In this document: piece after piece, positions 14,843 to 24,475 of the stretch
Numbering within the stretch: position 1 is the stretch's first letter
How the letters are laid out: the number at the start of each line of letters is the position of its first letter
Virus record (IMG/VR): IMGVR_UViG_3300011335_000271
Span: 1-32,094 of that record
DNA from: a virus
Taxonomy: Duplodnaviria > Caudoviricetes
Reading direction: 5' to 3' (one strand)
DNA: 32,094 nt
Position numbers and translations under genes: made by a program
Notes under the pieces: generated by a model
Seen by the model: only the letters and a program-made list of their open reading frames with translations
Told to the model about the DNA's origin: nothing
Databases searched by the model: none

Positions 14843-15717
14843 ACTTGTCTTGATAATGCTGTTTGAAATGCTTGTACTCGTGTGTATAGGTTTGCTGCTT
14901 CAGTATCTGTTAATCCATTTCCTATAGTTGAAAATGCATATTGATTGGAATCGTAAAGATTTGGTTGAATACCTACATTTCCACCTAGTCTATAGGAATT
15001 ATTTGAAATTGCTGTAGATGGATTATTTTCTAAATATGCTGTTGTATTTTTATATGTAGTTGTTTGCGTTCCTGATATTCTTGATGCAGTAATTAAACCT
15101 AAAATATCTGTATTGGTTATAGTAGTAGCTGTATTAGTTGAGTTTATTCTTACAAATAAAGGTATGAATGAAAATATATTTGATTGGTTAAACCCACCAC
15201 CCGAATAGTTACCTATCATAACATTTGTAGTAATATTGTTAGTTCTTGAATAGATACTAAAATGAGTGTCGTTTATTGGAAGTGATTGTGCTACAGGATT
15301 AAAAAATGTTTCAGCAAAACCGTTAGTTCCATTAGGTTGTGCTCCATTTCTTGAATGTGTCCATCCTCCGTTGAAAACTATTCTATATGCAGCATCAACA
15401 TCTCTAGGGTCTTTTAGGTTAAATTTATGAGTTGTAGCAGTTCCACCAACAAACGGATATATAGCTTTCATTTTATTCCAAATGCCATCGTCTTTAAGTC
15501 CTCTTACAAGATTATCAATTGCATCTTGCTGAGTTGTATTGGTAATTCCTGTTGCATTAAAAAATGAAATTGCAGATGAATCGAATCCTGATATATCAGT
15601 TAAACCTGCCCAAGATTTTAAATGAGAATCTCCCCAACCTATAGTATTGTTTGCACCTTGTCCCCAACCGATTGTGTTGTTTGATGCTCCATCTCCCCAT
15701 CCGTTACTATTTGCCAT
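14839..15717 (-). CDS. Putative virion fibre/decoration protein with a beta-sandwich-like domain
   Basis: Three GWG repeats at the N-terminus, then an N/T/G-rich domain (KAIYPFVGG...QAFQTALSRQV). Confidence 0.55.
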   Translation of the reverse strand: MANSNGWGDGASNNTIGWGQGANNTIGWGDSHLKSWAGLTDISGFDSSAISFFNATGITNTTQQDAIDNLVRGLKDDGIWNKMKAIYPFVGGTATTHKFNLKDPRDVDAAYRIVFNGGWTHSRNGAQPNGTNGFAETFFNPVAQSLPINDTHFSIYSRTNNITTNVMIGNYSGGGFNQSNIFSFIPLFVRINSTNTATTITNTDILGLITASRISGTQTTTYKNTTAYLENNPSTAISNNSYRLGGNVGIQPNLYDSNQYAFSTIGNGLTDTEAANLYTRVQAFQTALSRQV

Positions 15718-15811
15718 GTTCTGTTTTGTTTAGTTTAGCGAGAAAAACACGTAGTTTCTCTACATTAGTTTCTTTAGGTTTGTAAGCACCTAGTTTAATT
15801 CGTTTTTTCAT
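15707..15811 (-). CDS. Small basic hypothetical protein (34 aa, not in ORF track)
   Basis: MKKRIKLGAYKPKETNVEKLRVFLAKLNKTEHGK; ATGA overlap upstream. Confidence 0.55.
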   Translation of the reverse strand: MKKRIKLGAYKPKETNVEKLRVFLAKLNKTEHGK

Positions 15812-16308
15812 ATATACCAACCTGTATAGTTGTTCATTGAATCAGGGAAGATATCGTTGTTCTTGTTTGAACGATACTCTGGAAACAAGTTTTCGTTAAA
15901 GCTCATGTAATCAATGAATCGTTGTGTGTAGTTCTGAGCAATGCTTCTCTCCTTCTCCAATAAGTAATCTACTTCGTTTTTATCTACGTTCTCAGAGTTC
16001 TCAGATGAGTGCTTGTAAACTCCTTTGTTTGCGATTGTATACGCTGCAAAAGGTAAATACTCAACCATTCCCCAATGTATGAGCATAGGCTTTACATAAG
16101 TAGTAACCAAAGACTGATAGTTACCTGTAAGAGTTCCTGCAACTATATCCGCTTGTAGCTTTTGGAATAGTTTTGTACCTAAGTAATTCTGTATGTGAAT
16201 ATCTTGTGCGATTTTTACAAATTGAATAAACTTATCTACATCAACGTTTCCGTTTAATGCAGTAAATTTTACGATGTCGTTTCTAGTTATGAATAGTGCT
16301 TCTGCCAT
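15808..16308 (-). CDS. Putative head-tail adaptor/connector
   Basis: 166-aa helical protein directly after the portal; AQDIHIQNYLGTKLF. Confidence 0.6.
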   Translation of the reverse strand: MAEALFITRNDIVKFTALNGNVDVDKFIQFVKIAQDIHIQNYLGTKLFQKLQADIVAGTLTGNYQSLVTTYVKPMLIHWGMVEYLPFAAYTIANKGVYKHSSENSENVDKNEVDYLLEKERSIAQNYTQRFIDYMSFNENLFPEYRSNKNNDIFPDSMNNYTGWYI

Positions 16309-16310
16309 TG

Positions 16311-18086
16311 TTAATTGTTTTTAGGTAAAAATCCTTGATTAGGCATATCAATAGGACGCATCGCAACTTGTTGAGGATTTCTAACTCTGTAACCTGCTTT
16401 TTCTGCTTTGTTTGTACTGATAGTTTTAGCTTTAGGACTTAACGGGTCTATTCCACGTCCTTCTTCAAATGCAACAAATGTTTGACGCATCCATTTGTGA
16501 TGACAAGCACCTCCGCCTTTGTATAAGAAGATATCATAGGTATCTGCACCTCTTGCTCCCCAACCTGCGTTAACCACCTGAGAACTCATTCTTACGATGT
16601 CCTCTTTACGATATACTTTATCAGCAGCAACCATCTTTTTACAGAACTCTCTGCTGTTTTCTTTGATGCCTCCGTTGTATTTGTAACGTGTAATGAATTT
16701 GAATCCATCAATAGTTGCATCTTGTTCTGATTTTGCTCTAGGATTAGCAGTGCCAGTGCTTACAAAATTGTAGATTTTAGACAATAAAGATTGCTTTGAT
16801 TTGTTAGCGTTCGCAATTTCTAAATCAATTTCATCCTCTGAATCATAGTCAACTTCAAATTCGTCAATTAATACCCAATTTTTACCTACTTCTTCACCAC
16901 ATTCAATGAGTGAATCAGCAATTTCTTTATCTAATTTGCTTAACTGAGTTCCATCTGTACCTGTTTCTTCCGCTACTTCCTCTTTAGTTTGCGTGTTTTC
17001 TAAGTCTACAAACTCTAAAGGTTGTAATGTACGGAAGTAAAGTTTCAAACTGATTCCGTTAAATGCTAAAATCTTATCAATTGATTCTAATATTTCCTCT
17101 TGCATTGGACGTATAACCATGTTGTCAAACAAGATAGAAGAGTTTTTAAGCTCGTCTGCGTTTGAACTGAATCCATTTGAACTAGCAACTCCAAATAATA
17201 GCGGAGAAGTCACGTTATGCCCTAACATAATCTTGCGTAAACACTCCTCAGATAGGTATGTGTAGTGTTCTGGAGCATCGTTTAAAGGAATATCCTCAAC
17301 AGTTGTTTTTGATTCTGCATTGTCATTAAAGGCAACGATTACTTTTTGTCCTCTTGAACCTGTTAGCTTGTTCATGACTTTATTAGTAATCATGCTTTGT
17401 TGCTCCTCAGTAGGTACTCCGTTGTTGAAGTTAACTACTTTCGTTCCTGAGAATCCGTTTTGTACTTCGTTGATTAAGTAATCTGCTATTTCCTCCTCTA
17501 ATAGTGCATATGGTAAAGCTCCTTGATAGTCAACATAGGAATAATACTTCATCCCTACTGAATAAGGCTTGAAATAAACAATTTCTATCTTTTCTTTGCT
17601 GAATCCGTAAGCAGGTATTCTTTTAGGTGCATACTTCTTAACGTCTGTCCAATCATCAGAGTAGTAATATGCTTCAATTTCTCCGTCTTTATTACATTTC
17701 TCAGCTCTTAATAAGTTAACTGGAATGTGATATGCTTTTAAAATCTTGTCATGTTTATCGTTGTAGTGTACTTGCCAAGCGTACTGCCCTAACATTTTTC
17801 TATCAATGATTACTTTCCGTAAATCTTCCGTACTAAATAATGCCATCATTTGAGCGTACTCATTAGGCTTACGATTAGCATCTAATGCACTAAGTCCTTT
17901 TCCGTAAACAAGACGTGCAATGTTGTTTATAATTGCCGAGTTCGTTGTTGAGTTCGTAAATCTATCTATCAAAAATGAATAGTAGTTATTATCTTCTCCG
18001 TATTCAACCCAATTATCTCTTTTGGATTCTTGGATTACAGGCGTTGTGTAAGCACTTAGGCTTAGTATGTGTACATTATCACTCAT
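16311..18086 (-). CDS. Portal protein with C-terminal extension
   Basis: YGEDNNY, NGFSGTKVVNFNNG, IMLGHNVTSPLLFG, VIRPMQ; extra ~200 aa with a Cys/His motif. Confidence 0.8.
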   Translation of the reverse strand: MSDNVHILSLSAYTTPVIQESKRDNWVEYGEDNNYYSFLIDRFTNSTTNSAIINNIARLVYGKGLSALDANRKPNEYAQMMALFSTEDLRKVIIDRKMLGQYAWQVHYNDKHDKILKAYHIPVNLLRAEKCNKDGEIEAYYYSDDWTDVKKYAPKRIPAYGFSKEKIEIVYFKPYSVGMKYYSYVDYQGALPYALLEEEIADYLINEVQNGFSGTKVVNFNNGVPTEEQQSMITNKVMNKLTGSRGQKVIVAFNDNAESKTTVEDIPLNDAPEHYTYLSEECLRKIMLGHNVTSPLLFGVASSNGFSSNADELKNSSILFDNMVIRPMQEEILESIDKILAFNGISLKLYFRTLQPLEFVDLENTQTKEEVAEETGTDGTQLSKLDKEIADSLIECGEEVGKNWVLIDEFEVDYDSEDEIDLEIANANKSKQSLLSKIYNFVSTGTANPRAKSEQDATIDGFKFITRYKYNGGIKENSREFCKKMVAADKVYRKEDIVRMSSQVVNAGWGARGADTYDIFLYKGGGACHHKWMRQTFVAFEEGRGIDPLSPKAKTISTNKAEKAGYRVRNPQQVAMRPIDMPNQGFLPKNN

Positions 18087-18411
18087 AAACTATGAAAGTG
18101 TTTGTGGTATTATTAGAAGTGTATTGTCCGTTGTTTACGGAGAATGTCGATATTGATTGATTCGTGCAGAAAATCTTATCCTTGTAACAGATAGTTCCAC
18201 CACTTGTTAAGAGTAAAGTGTAAGTATGATTTTCCTTTAGTGCAAATGTTGCGTTAATCGTGTTTGTGTAGCCATTAGAAGTATTTCCTGTAATAGCAAC
18301 TGTTGTAGTAACGTTTGTTTGCTCATCTGTAATAGTCATAGTTGTATATCCTTCAAATCGGGGAACAAAACTAAATGATTGAGCTGATGTAGATGTTGTT
18401 AATACTATCAT
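18079..18411 (-). CDS. Putative virion structural protein (possible head closure)
   Basis: 110-aa Thr-rich beta protein between tail tube and portal genes. Confidence 0.5.
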   Translation of the reverse strand: MIVLTTSTSAQSFSFVPRFEGYTTMTITDEQTNVTTTVAITGNTSNGYTNTINATFALKENHTYTLLLTSGGTICYKDKIFCTNQSISTFSVNNGQYTSNNTTNTFIVYE

Positions 18412-18417
18412 ACATTA

Positions 18418-18444
18418 TAAACTTAAATACTTGCAATTTGTTTC
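18418..18444 (-). promoter_or_regulatory. ECF-type late promoter
   Basis: GAAACA-N14-AAGTTTA just after a terminator. Confidence 0.7.
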
Positions 18445-18450
18445 TAAAAT

Positions 18451-18480
18451 AAAAAAGGGGTAACCTAAGCCACCCCTTCT
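18451..18480 (-). terminator. Intrinsic terminator after the tail tube gene
   Basis: AAGGGGTGGC-TTAG-GTTACCCCTT then T run. Confidence 0.85.
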
Positions 18481-18498
18481 AAATTCTAAAGAAAAGAA

Positions 18499-19068
18499 TT
18501 ATGCAGAGATAATAGTTGTACTTGCACCAAATACACTTCCTGCAGTTCCTGCTAATCCTGTAGCACCTGTTTCTCCTGTTGCATCTAATAGATTGGCAAG
18601 GATTTTCTCAGTACCTACAAACGTCAAAGTATAACCAACTAGGTCACCCATGGCAACACCATTTGACACGTTTGCAGTAGTTAATTCCATTCCATGCTCA
18701 ATACCAGCAAGGAAGAATTGGTTGTTACGTGTTTTAACGATGATGTTAGGACGTCCGTAAGAAAGCAATTTAACTGTTTTGTGTGTAGCAGCATCTTGTT
18801 TTTTAAGAACTACTGATAAAGTTTGCTCTACAAATGTAGTTCCGTTTTCACGTGAAGTATTAATTACTTGGTCGAAAGAGTTAGTTCCTTTCAATTGGTA
18901 TTTGTAAAGAGATGTAACGTTAGCAATTGAATCAATTGTGTCCGTACCTGTTACATAAGTAACGTCTGTTGGGAAAGTGTAATCTCCGTAGTTGATGAAA
19001 TAGATAGCATCAATACCACCTACAACGTCTTTACATACTTCGAGTCTACCTGTTGTTATTTCGCACAT
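18499..19068 (-). CDS. Major tail tube protein
   Basis: CEITTGRLEVCKDVVGGI, SRENGTTFVEQTL, GYTLTFVGTE; 189 aa following the capsid gene. Confidence 0.7.
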   Translation of the reverse strand: MCEITTGRLEVCKDVVGGIDAIYFINYGDYTFPTDVTYVTGTDTIDSIANVTSLYKYQLKGTNSFDQVINTSRENGTTFVEQTLSVVLKKQDAATHKTVKLLSYGRPNIIVKTRNNQFFLAGIEHGMELTTANVSNGVAMGDLVGYTLTFVGTEKILANLLDATGETGATGLAGTAGSVFGASTTIISA

Positions 19069-19090
19069 ATTTTTAAATTTTAAATGTTAT

Positions 19091-19120
19091 AAAAAAGGGA
19101 GGAGCGTAAACCCCTCCCCG
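19091..19120 (-). terminator. Intrinsic terminator after the major capsid gene
   Basis: GGGGAGGGG-TTTACG-CTCCTCCC then TTTTTT. Confidence 0.85.
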
Positions 19121-19141
19121 ATTATTGTTTGTTAGCTAATT

Positions 19142-20092
19142 TTAGTTAGCAGAGTTTGTGATTCCGTAAGTAACTACGTCTGATGCAAATCCGTATTTAG
19201 CATCTGCAGTAAATCGCATGATAACACGAACGTTTTGTGAACCATCGTTTTCAGCCATGTCTAATACACGTACTTCATTCATGTCATTCAACAATCCTGT
19301 AGCAAAGTACAAGTTAGATTTTTGAGCAAGTAAAGCAGTATTAGAAGTTAATCCGTTAGCCATGAATACACGAACACCATCAAAGTAAACATCACCTAAA
19401 GTTTGGTTTGTTCCTTTGTTGTCGTAACCATTAGCACCTACTCCTGAAGCAGCGAATCCACCCAAAGCACGTACATAAGCACGATAGATATTGTTAGATA
19501 CATACAATGTCAAATCTTCTTTTCCGTAGATAGAAGCAGGACATGCATCAACGATTTTACCTAACTCAGCAATAACGTTTGCAGCAGCAACTGTAGTACC
19601 AGCAACTTCTTGTGCAGCAGGCAAAGTAGCGTCTGTTGTAAGTTGTGTCATGATACCTGCGAATTGACCTGCAGTTGCGTTAACACCTCTCCAAATAGAT
19701 ACTTCCATTGCAGCAGCAACTTTCTCAGCAGCGTGTGCCAATAAGAAATCTGTAAAGTTTTTCGGCATTACTTCGAACGCTGAATAACCCATAGAAATTG
19801 CCTCCCAATCAGAAACGAAATCTTTTTTACACAATTGTAAGTTAACTTGGAACTCTTCAGGTTGAAGGATTCTTTCAGTTAATGTTACTGTAGATGTAGC
19901 ATCAAAATCACACGTTGCGTTTGCGATGATATCGTCTGTAGCAACACGTTTGATAACTTGTTTAAATTTAACATTAGGAACGATAGTGATTCCACCTTTG
20001 TCCAATGTTGGTGCAGACAATAAAGCCGCTGCGATGTACTTCCCTGCAAATTCACCTGCATATGAAGTAGTGATACTTGTTGTAGTTGGCAT
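19142..20092 (-). CDS. Major capsid protein
   Basis: 316 aa, Ala/Gly/Thr-rich, after protease and scaffold genes, followed by a strong terminator. Confidence 0.82.
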   Translation of the reverse strand: MPTTTSITTSYAGEFAGKYIAAALLSAPTLDKGGITIVPNVKFKQVIKRVATDDIIANATCDFDATSTVTLTERILQPEEFQVNLQLCKKDFVSDWEAISMGYSAFEVMPKNFTDFLLAHAAEKVAAAMEVSIWRGVNATAGQFAGIMTQLTTDATLPAAQEVAGTTVAAANVIAELGKIVDACPASIYGKEDLTLYVSNNIYRAYVRALGGFAASGVGANGYDNKGTNQTLGDVYFDGVRVFMANGLTSNTALLAQKSNLYFATGLLNDMNEVRVLDMAENDGSQNVRVIMRFTADAKYGFASDVVTYGITNSAN

Positions 20093-20118
20093 TTTGTTTA
20101 AATTTTAAATTGTTAATA

Positions 20119-20709
20119 TTATTTGTTTAGTTTTTCAAAGATTGAATCCATAGTAGAACGTTGTTTGTTTTTCGCAAAACGGAAAGACTCTACTTCATTC
20201 GTGTTTTCAGGATTAAAACTGATTGGTTTAGGCTCTTCTGAAAGTTCGGTTACCTCTTCTGTAACTTCGTCAACTTTAGAAAGCAATTCCAATTTAGCTT
20301 TCAATTCAATATTTTCGTTTTTAAGTGCTTCGATTTCTGAGAAGAAAGTCTCTTTAACGATAGACTCAATAGTTTTCTTTGCAGTTGGTGCAGATGGTTC
20401 TTCAGTTGCTTCAACAGGAACTTCTGGAGCAGTTTCTTCTTCAGGTGCAACTTCTTCTTCCATTGGAGCTTCTTTTACTTCTTTAATGATACCTTCAACT
20501 TCAACTACTAGAATCATTCCGTTCTCTAGTTCGTACTCACCAATTGGTAAAGGAATTTTTTGCTCATCTTCTGTAACTACAAATACTTCGTTATCCATTT
20601 CAAATGCGTCTGCTTCAAGAACGGTTGTTCCATCTATCAACTTCATTTGCTCTAAAGCTACGTCCATTCCAAGAAGAGCTTTGATTTTGTTAATTGTGCT
20701 ATTTTTCAT
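20119..20709 (-). CDS. Capsid scaffolding protein
   Basis: Very acidic, with a coiled coil; PLPIGEYELENG; directly upstream of the capsid gene. Confidence 0.7.
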   Translation of the reverse strand: MKNSTINKIKALLGMDVALEQMKLIDGTTVLEADAFEMDNEVFVVTEDEQKIPLPIGEYELENGMILVVEVEGIIKEVKEAPMEEEVAPEEETAPEVPVEATEEPSAPTAKKTIESIVKETFFSEIEALKNENIELKAKLELLSKVDEVTEEVTELSEEPKPISFNPENTNEVESFRFAKNKQRSTMDSIFEKLNK

Positions 20710-20727
20710 TTTTCGTTTTTATTTAGA

Positions 20728-21099
20728 TTATAATTTAAAAGAACTTACTTTATTCTTTAATTGCGTTTGTTGCGTTATTTCTTTTTTAGCTGCATCTCTT
20801 GCTACTTTTGCCTCATTTGGCAATGGTAAACCTAATTCTTTAGTAGCTTTTTCTATATCGTCAACTTCATAAACTACTTTATTAAAGTTATTAATAGATT
20901 GACTTAAAAGATTGTTTAAATCAACTATAGCTTGTTTAACATTATTACTTGCACTTGTTATTTTCTCATTAAATTTCAAGGCTGCATCATTTAATGTATT
21001 AACTCTTGGCAAGGAAGCTAATGTAATTTCTTGAGATTCTAATTCTACAGATTCGGAGTGAATCACTGATACTTTCTTAAATACTTCGTTTAATCCCAT
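20728..21099 (-). CDS. Helical head-module protein, paralog A
   Basis: 123 aa; ELESQEITLA and KATKELGLP. Confidence 0.7.
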   Translation of the reverse strand: MGLNEVFKKVSVIHSESVELESQEITLASLPRVNTLNDAALKFNEKITSASNNVKQAIVDLNNLLSQSINNFNKVVYEVDDIEKATKELGLPLPNEAKVARDAAKKEITQQTQLKNKVSSFKL

Positions 21100-21115
21100 T
21101 GTTGTCTTTTTTATA

Positions 21116-21142
21116 TAAACTTGTTAATACTTTCTTTGTTGC
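21116..21142 (-). promoter_or_regulatory. ECF-type late promoter
   Basis: GCAACA-N14-AAGTTTA. Confidence 0.7.
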
Positions 21143-21146
21143 GTTT

Positions 21147-21344
21147 TTAGCCGTTTTGGCGCACTATTGTTCTTACCCCTGCACTTTCACTTGTACTTAC
21201 TACGTCAATGCCTTGTGTAACACCTACGCCTTGTGATTGTAGGTTTCCGTCACAACATTTAGTTGAGTATTTTCCGTTTTCGCATAGGCACCCCCTGCGG
21301 CCCCCTTTTGGGGAGCTTTTACTTGGTGTTTTAAATTTGCTCAT
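21147..21344 (-). CDS. Small Cys-rich hypothetical protein
   Basis: SPKGGRRGCLCENGKYSTKCCDG. Confidence 0.7.
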   Translation of the reverse strand: MSKFKTPSKSSPKGGRRGCLCENGKYSTKCCDGNLQSQGVGVTQGIDVVSTSESAGVRTIVRQNG

Positions 21345-21347
21345 GTT

Positions 21348-21722
21348 TTATAAAATTTGAGTTGCTTGATTAAGTCCTTTTAGTATATTTTCATTTTCAG
21401 TAATTCTACCCTTAACAAGTTTTAGTTTATCATCAATTTCAGTAGTTGGAAATCCTAAATCTTTTACAGTTCCTTTTAATTTTGTTAGCTCTACATATAC
21501 AGATTGATATTCTTTAATGATGCCATTTTGATAATTTTTAGCATCTGCCAATAATCCTTTTGCTTTCATTACTACCTCAAATGATTTTTTACCTTCATTA
21601 CTGATAGTATCTATTTTATTAAAAACATCTTGTATTGTACCTAACTCAATTTTATGACTTGCTAATTTAGCTTCTACCTTTGCAGTAATATCTGCAATAA
21701 TTAATTCTTTAGTTGTTTTCAT
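21348..21722 (-). CDS. Helical head-module protein, paralog B
   Basis: 124 aa; KLASHKIELG and GTVKDLGFP. Confidence 0.7.
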   Translation of the reverse strand: MKTTKELIIADITAKVEAKLASHKIELGTIQDVFNKIDTISNEGKKSFEVVMKAKGLLADAKNYQNGIIKEYQSVYVELTKLKGTVKDLGFPTTEIDDKLKLVKGRITENENILKGLNQATQIL

Positions 21723-22296
21723 TTTCTATGATTATTTGTTTTATTTTTTCGATTAATATATCCTCCTCAGTCATTTGAGACATTTCTAACTTGTCTGCAA
21801 AATAACCTTCGATTGAGAATCCTTTAACCTTTCCGGCCTTAACGTCTTTCCATACGTCATCGTTGTTTACTTTCATGGAAATCATCCAAGTTCCTACAGG
21901 TAGACTGAATCCGTATTTAACTGATTTATCGTGTTTCTCATCTTCAATAATCCAAGATTCTACAACACTCATTCCACTCAACTTTTTGTCATGCTCGTAA
22001 GTGGCATTATTTTGATTTGAGTTCATTAAGAATAACTCTGATGCTTGACGTACTGTGTCCTCAGAGAAAAAGATGTAATACTCTTCGTTGTTCTTGTCAC
22101 GTCTGTAGATGTTCTTGTTAGGGACTAAAGCTGCTCCCATTAAGATGCGTTTTTCAGAATCAATTTCCTTTAACTCTACTTCGTGTTTTGCTAGATGGAT
22201 GAAGTTTTCCTCTATGGCTGGAGATTTTACAACGGACACCGCGTCAATCCCGCTTAACTTATCCTTCTCATCAATGATTAATTCTATGATTTTCAT
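21709..22296 (-). CDS. Prohead serine protease (XkdF-like)
   Basis: PAIEENF, RILMGAALVP, TYEHD, VESWI, GTWM, VKGFSIEG. Confidence 0.85.
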   Translation of the reverse strand: MKIIELIIDEKDKLSGIDAVSVVKSPAIEENFIHLAKHEVELKEIDSEKRILMGAALVPNKNIYRRDKNNEEYYIFFSEDTVRQASELFLMNSNQNNATYEHDKKLSGMSVVESWIIEDEKHDKSVKYGFSLPVGTWMISMKVNNDDVWKDVKAGKVKGFSIEGYFADKLEMSQMTEEDILIEKIKQIIIENENN

Positions 22297-22302
22297 ATTT
22301 TC

Positions 22303-22329
22303 TAAACTTAATTATTTTACTAATGTTGC
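22303..22329 (-). promoter_or_regulatory. ECF-type late promoter
   Basis: GCAACA-N14-AAGTTTA overlapping the tape measure stop. Confidence 0.7.
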
Positions 22330-24321
22330 GTTTTCGATTCTGTTTCTATCCAAAGATTGTGCAGTTGTAACGTCTCCTGAAACTACATAGGCTTTTGTTG
22401 GTGTTTGTTGTAGTTGTGCTAACTGATTGATTCCTGAGTTACCTACTACGTTGAAACTTGGTGACATTGTGCCACCTCCTCCACCGCCTGAAGGAGTATT
22501 TGATGGAGGAGTTTCGCCTCCTTGAAATTGAGTAGAAGTTATTTTTTTTATGTTAACTAATCCTGCTGTGATTGCAGCACCCATAGCAATAAATCCTACA
22601 GGTGGTGGTGCTGATGCTAAAGCCATATTTGCAGCCTTATATGTATCTACAATTGCACTTGCAATATTTACTGCTTTTTGAATTTTAAATGCTTTCTCTT
22701 GTGCTTTTTTAGATTTACCTGCAAACAATGTAGTTATATCTGATATAATAGAAAGAGAATCCTGAATACCTTTTATATTATTTTCTCGTTTCTTTTTAGC
22801 ATCCTCATCAAGCTCTGTTAATCTTTTGTATATTCTATCTCTTACATCTTGAACACCTACTAATTCTGTCTTAGTATCTTCAGCTCGTTTCTTTTCACCT
22901 CCAACTAATACCTTTGTTTTTTTAGTATCTAATAAAATAAGTCTTTCAGTTCCATCAAATAAGTCTTTTGCTTGTTTATCTTCTAAATCCTGTAATTCTT
23001 TTTTCTTAGCTTTTTCTAAATCAACTGTATCTTTATTGAATTTTTTAGCTAGTTCTATTTCAGCTGCATATTTTTCTTCAATATCTCGCTTTTGTATTTC
23101 ATATTCAGTTTTGAATAAATCTGTTGCAGCTCTTTGATTTGCTGCTATTCTTTCAAGTGAATCATCACTGGAATCTGCTACTTCATTATTTTTCTCAACA
23201 TACTTAGTTCCACTATTTGTAATCTCATCTACATTTTTTGCTGCAGTATTAGCTGCTGAACCATATGCATTAAATCGTTTTTCTGCTGATTCTAGTTCTT
23301 TATTGCTTTTGCTAATTGTTTCATTTGCTTTTTTTAATGCTTTATCTGCTTCCTCATTTAAGTTTACGTATGTTGTAATTCCCTCTTCGAGTGTTCGCTT
23401 TTGTTTACCTGCTCCATCTGCAAGTGCTTTGTCTCTGTCTTTTTCAGCTTTTGCAATTTTAGCTCTTAATTCATCTTGCTTAGATAAATTTTTAACAATT
23501 AAATCTTCGTTTTTCTGAAGTTGATATTTTGCTTTTTGATATTCTAAGTAGGATGCTAATTCTTTATTTAGTGACTCTTGGAATTTTGTTTCGTCTTTGA
23601 TATTTTTTAACGTTGTTCCATATTGCCCATTAATCTTTTTAATTAAATCTTCTCTCTCCTTAGTACCTGAGTTAGTATTTTTTAATCGTGAAATTAAGGT
23701 TGCAAACTCACCTGATTCTTTTGCGATATTTTCGCGTTGTTCTTTTGCTTGTTCTGAAATTCTCTTTTGTTGTTCTGCTACTTTTTTTGATGCTCCAAAC
23801 CACTCATCATAGTTAGCCACAATCAATCCAACTGCTGCAATAACTAAACCAATTCCACCTACTAAGAATGCTTTTGATGCAGTTGTCATTGCACCAAATG
23901 TATTTTTAACAACTGAACCTAATTGAACAAATGAATCCTTAGCTTCTAACGCTCCTTGAATACCTTGAGATAATGCCATTGCTGATTGAACTTTCAGCAT
24001 TGTCTTTTGCAAATCTTCAGATTCTACACCAACTAATCCTAATACACCTTGATATGCTTCAAATCCATTTAATACACCACCAATAGAACTTGATAAAGCA
24101 TTAAATTTAGCGTCAGGATTAAAGGCATCTGTTAATGCTTTTGCATCTCCAATAGCATCTTTTAATGCTGCTGCTTTTGTGGCTGCTTTTGCTGCTTGTT
24201 CTGATGTTGCACCAAATGCTTCGGACATTTGATATACTTCACGTTGTGCAGCTTGTAGTTGAGATTTTAATGAACCTAAGTTAGTTTGTACTTCTAATTC
24301 AACTGTCTTTTTTTCAGCCAT
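22312..24321 (-). CDS. Tail tape measure protein
   Basis: 669 aa, Ala/Lys-rich helical, hydrophobic segments, Gly-rich C-terminus. Confidence 0.85.
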   Translation of the reverse strand: MAEKKTVELEVQTNLGSLKSQLQAAQREVYQMSEAFGATSEQAAKAATKAAALKDAIGDAKALTDAFNPDAKFNALSSSIGGVLNGFEAYQGVLGLVGVESEDLQKTMLKVQSAMALSQGIQGALEAKDSFVQLGSVVKNTFGAMTTASKAFLVGGIGLVIAAVGLIVANYDEWFGASKKVAEQQKRISEQAKEQRENIAKESGEFATLISRLKNTNSGTKEREDLIKKINGQYGTTLKNIKDETKFQESLNKELASYLEYQKAKYQLQKNEDLIVKNLSKQDELRAKIAKAEKDRDKALADGAGKQKRTLEEGITTYVNLNEEADKALKKANETISKSNKELESAEKRFNAYGSAANTAAKNVDEITNSGTKYVEKNNEVADSSDDSLERIAANQRAATDLFKTEYEIQKRDIEEKYAAEIELAKKFNKDTVDLEKAKKKELQDLEDKQAKDLFDGTERLILLDTKKTKVLVGGEKKRAEDTKTELVGVQDVRDRIYKRLTELDEDAKKKRENNIKGIQDSLSIISDITTLFAGKSKKAQEKAFKIQKAVNIASAIVDTYKAANMALASAPPPVGFIAMGAAITAGLVNIKKITSTQFQGGETPPSNTPSGGGGGGTMSPSFNVVGNSGINQLAQLQQTPTKAYVVSGDVTTAQSLDRNRIENATLVK

Positions 24322-24475
24322 TTTTTCTTGCGTTTAATGCGTGTTTTCTTCGTTCTTGTCTTGTCATTTTACGGAAAGATTTCGTGTAAGCGTACTTTCC
24401 TTTTGCGATGTCTATGTTCTCTGATACTCCGTAGAAATTATCTATCGTAAGCATGGCAATAATGTTCTTTATCAT
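24314..24475 (-). CDS. Small basic hypothetical protein (53 aa, not in ORF track)
   Basis: MIKNIIAMLTIDNFYGVSENIDIAKGKYAYTKSFRKMTRQERRKHALNARKNG; overlaps both neighbours. Confidence 0.65.
   Translation of the reverse strand: MIKNIIAMLTIDNFYGVSENIDIAKGKYAYTKSFRKMTRQERRKHALNARKNG

Noticed and set aside
20123-20872. 249-aa plus-strand ORF
   Set aside because: Ser-rich antisense shadow of the Glu-rich scaffold gene; all credible genes are on the minus strand
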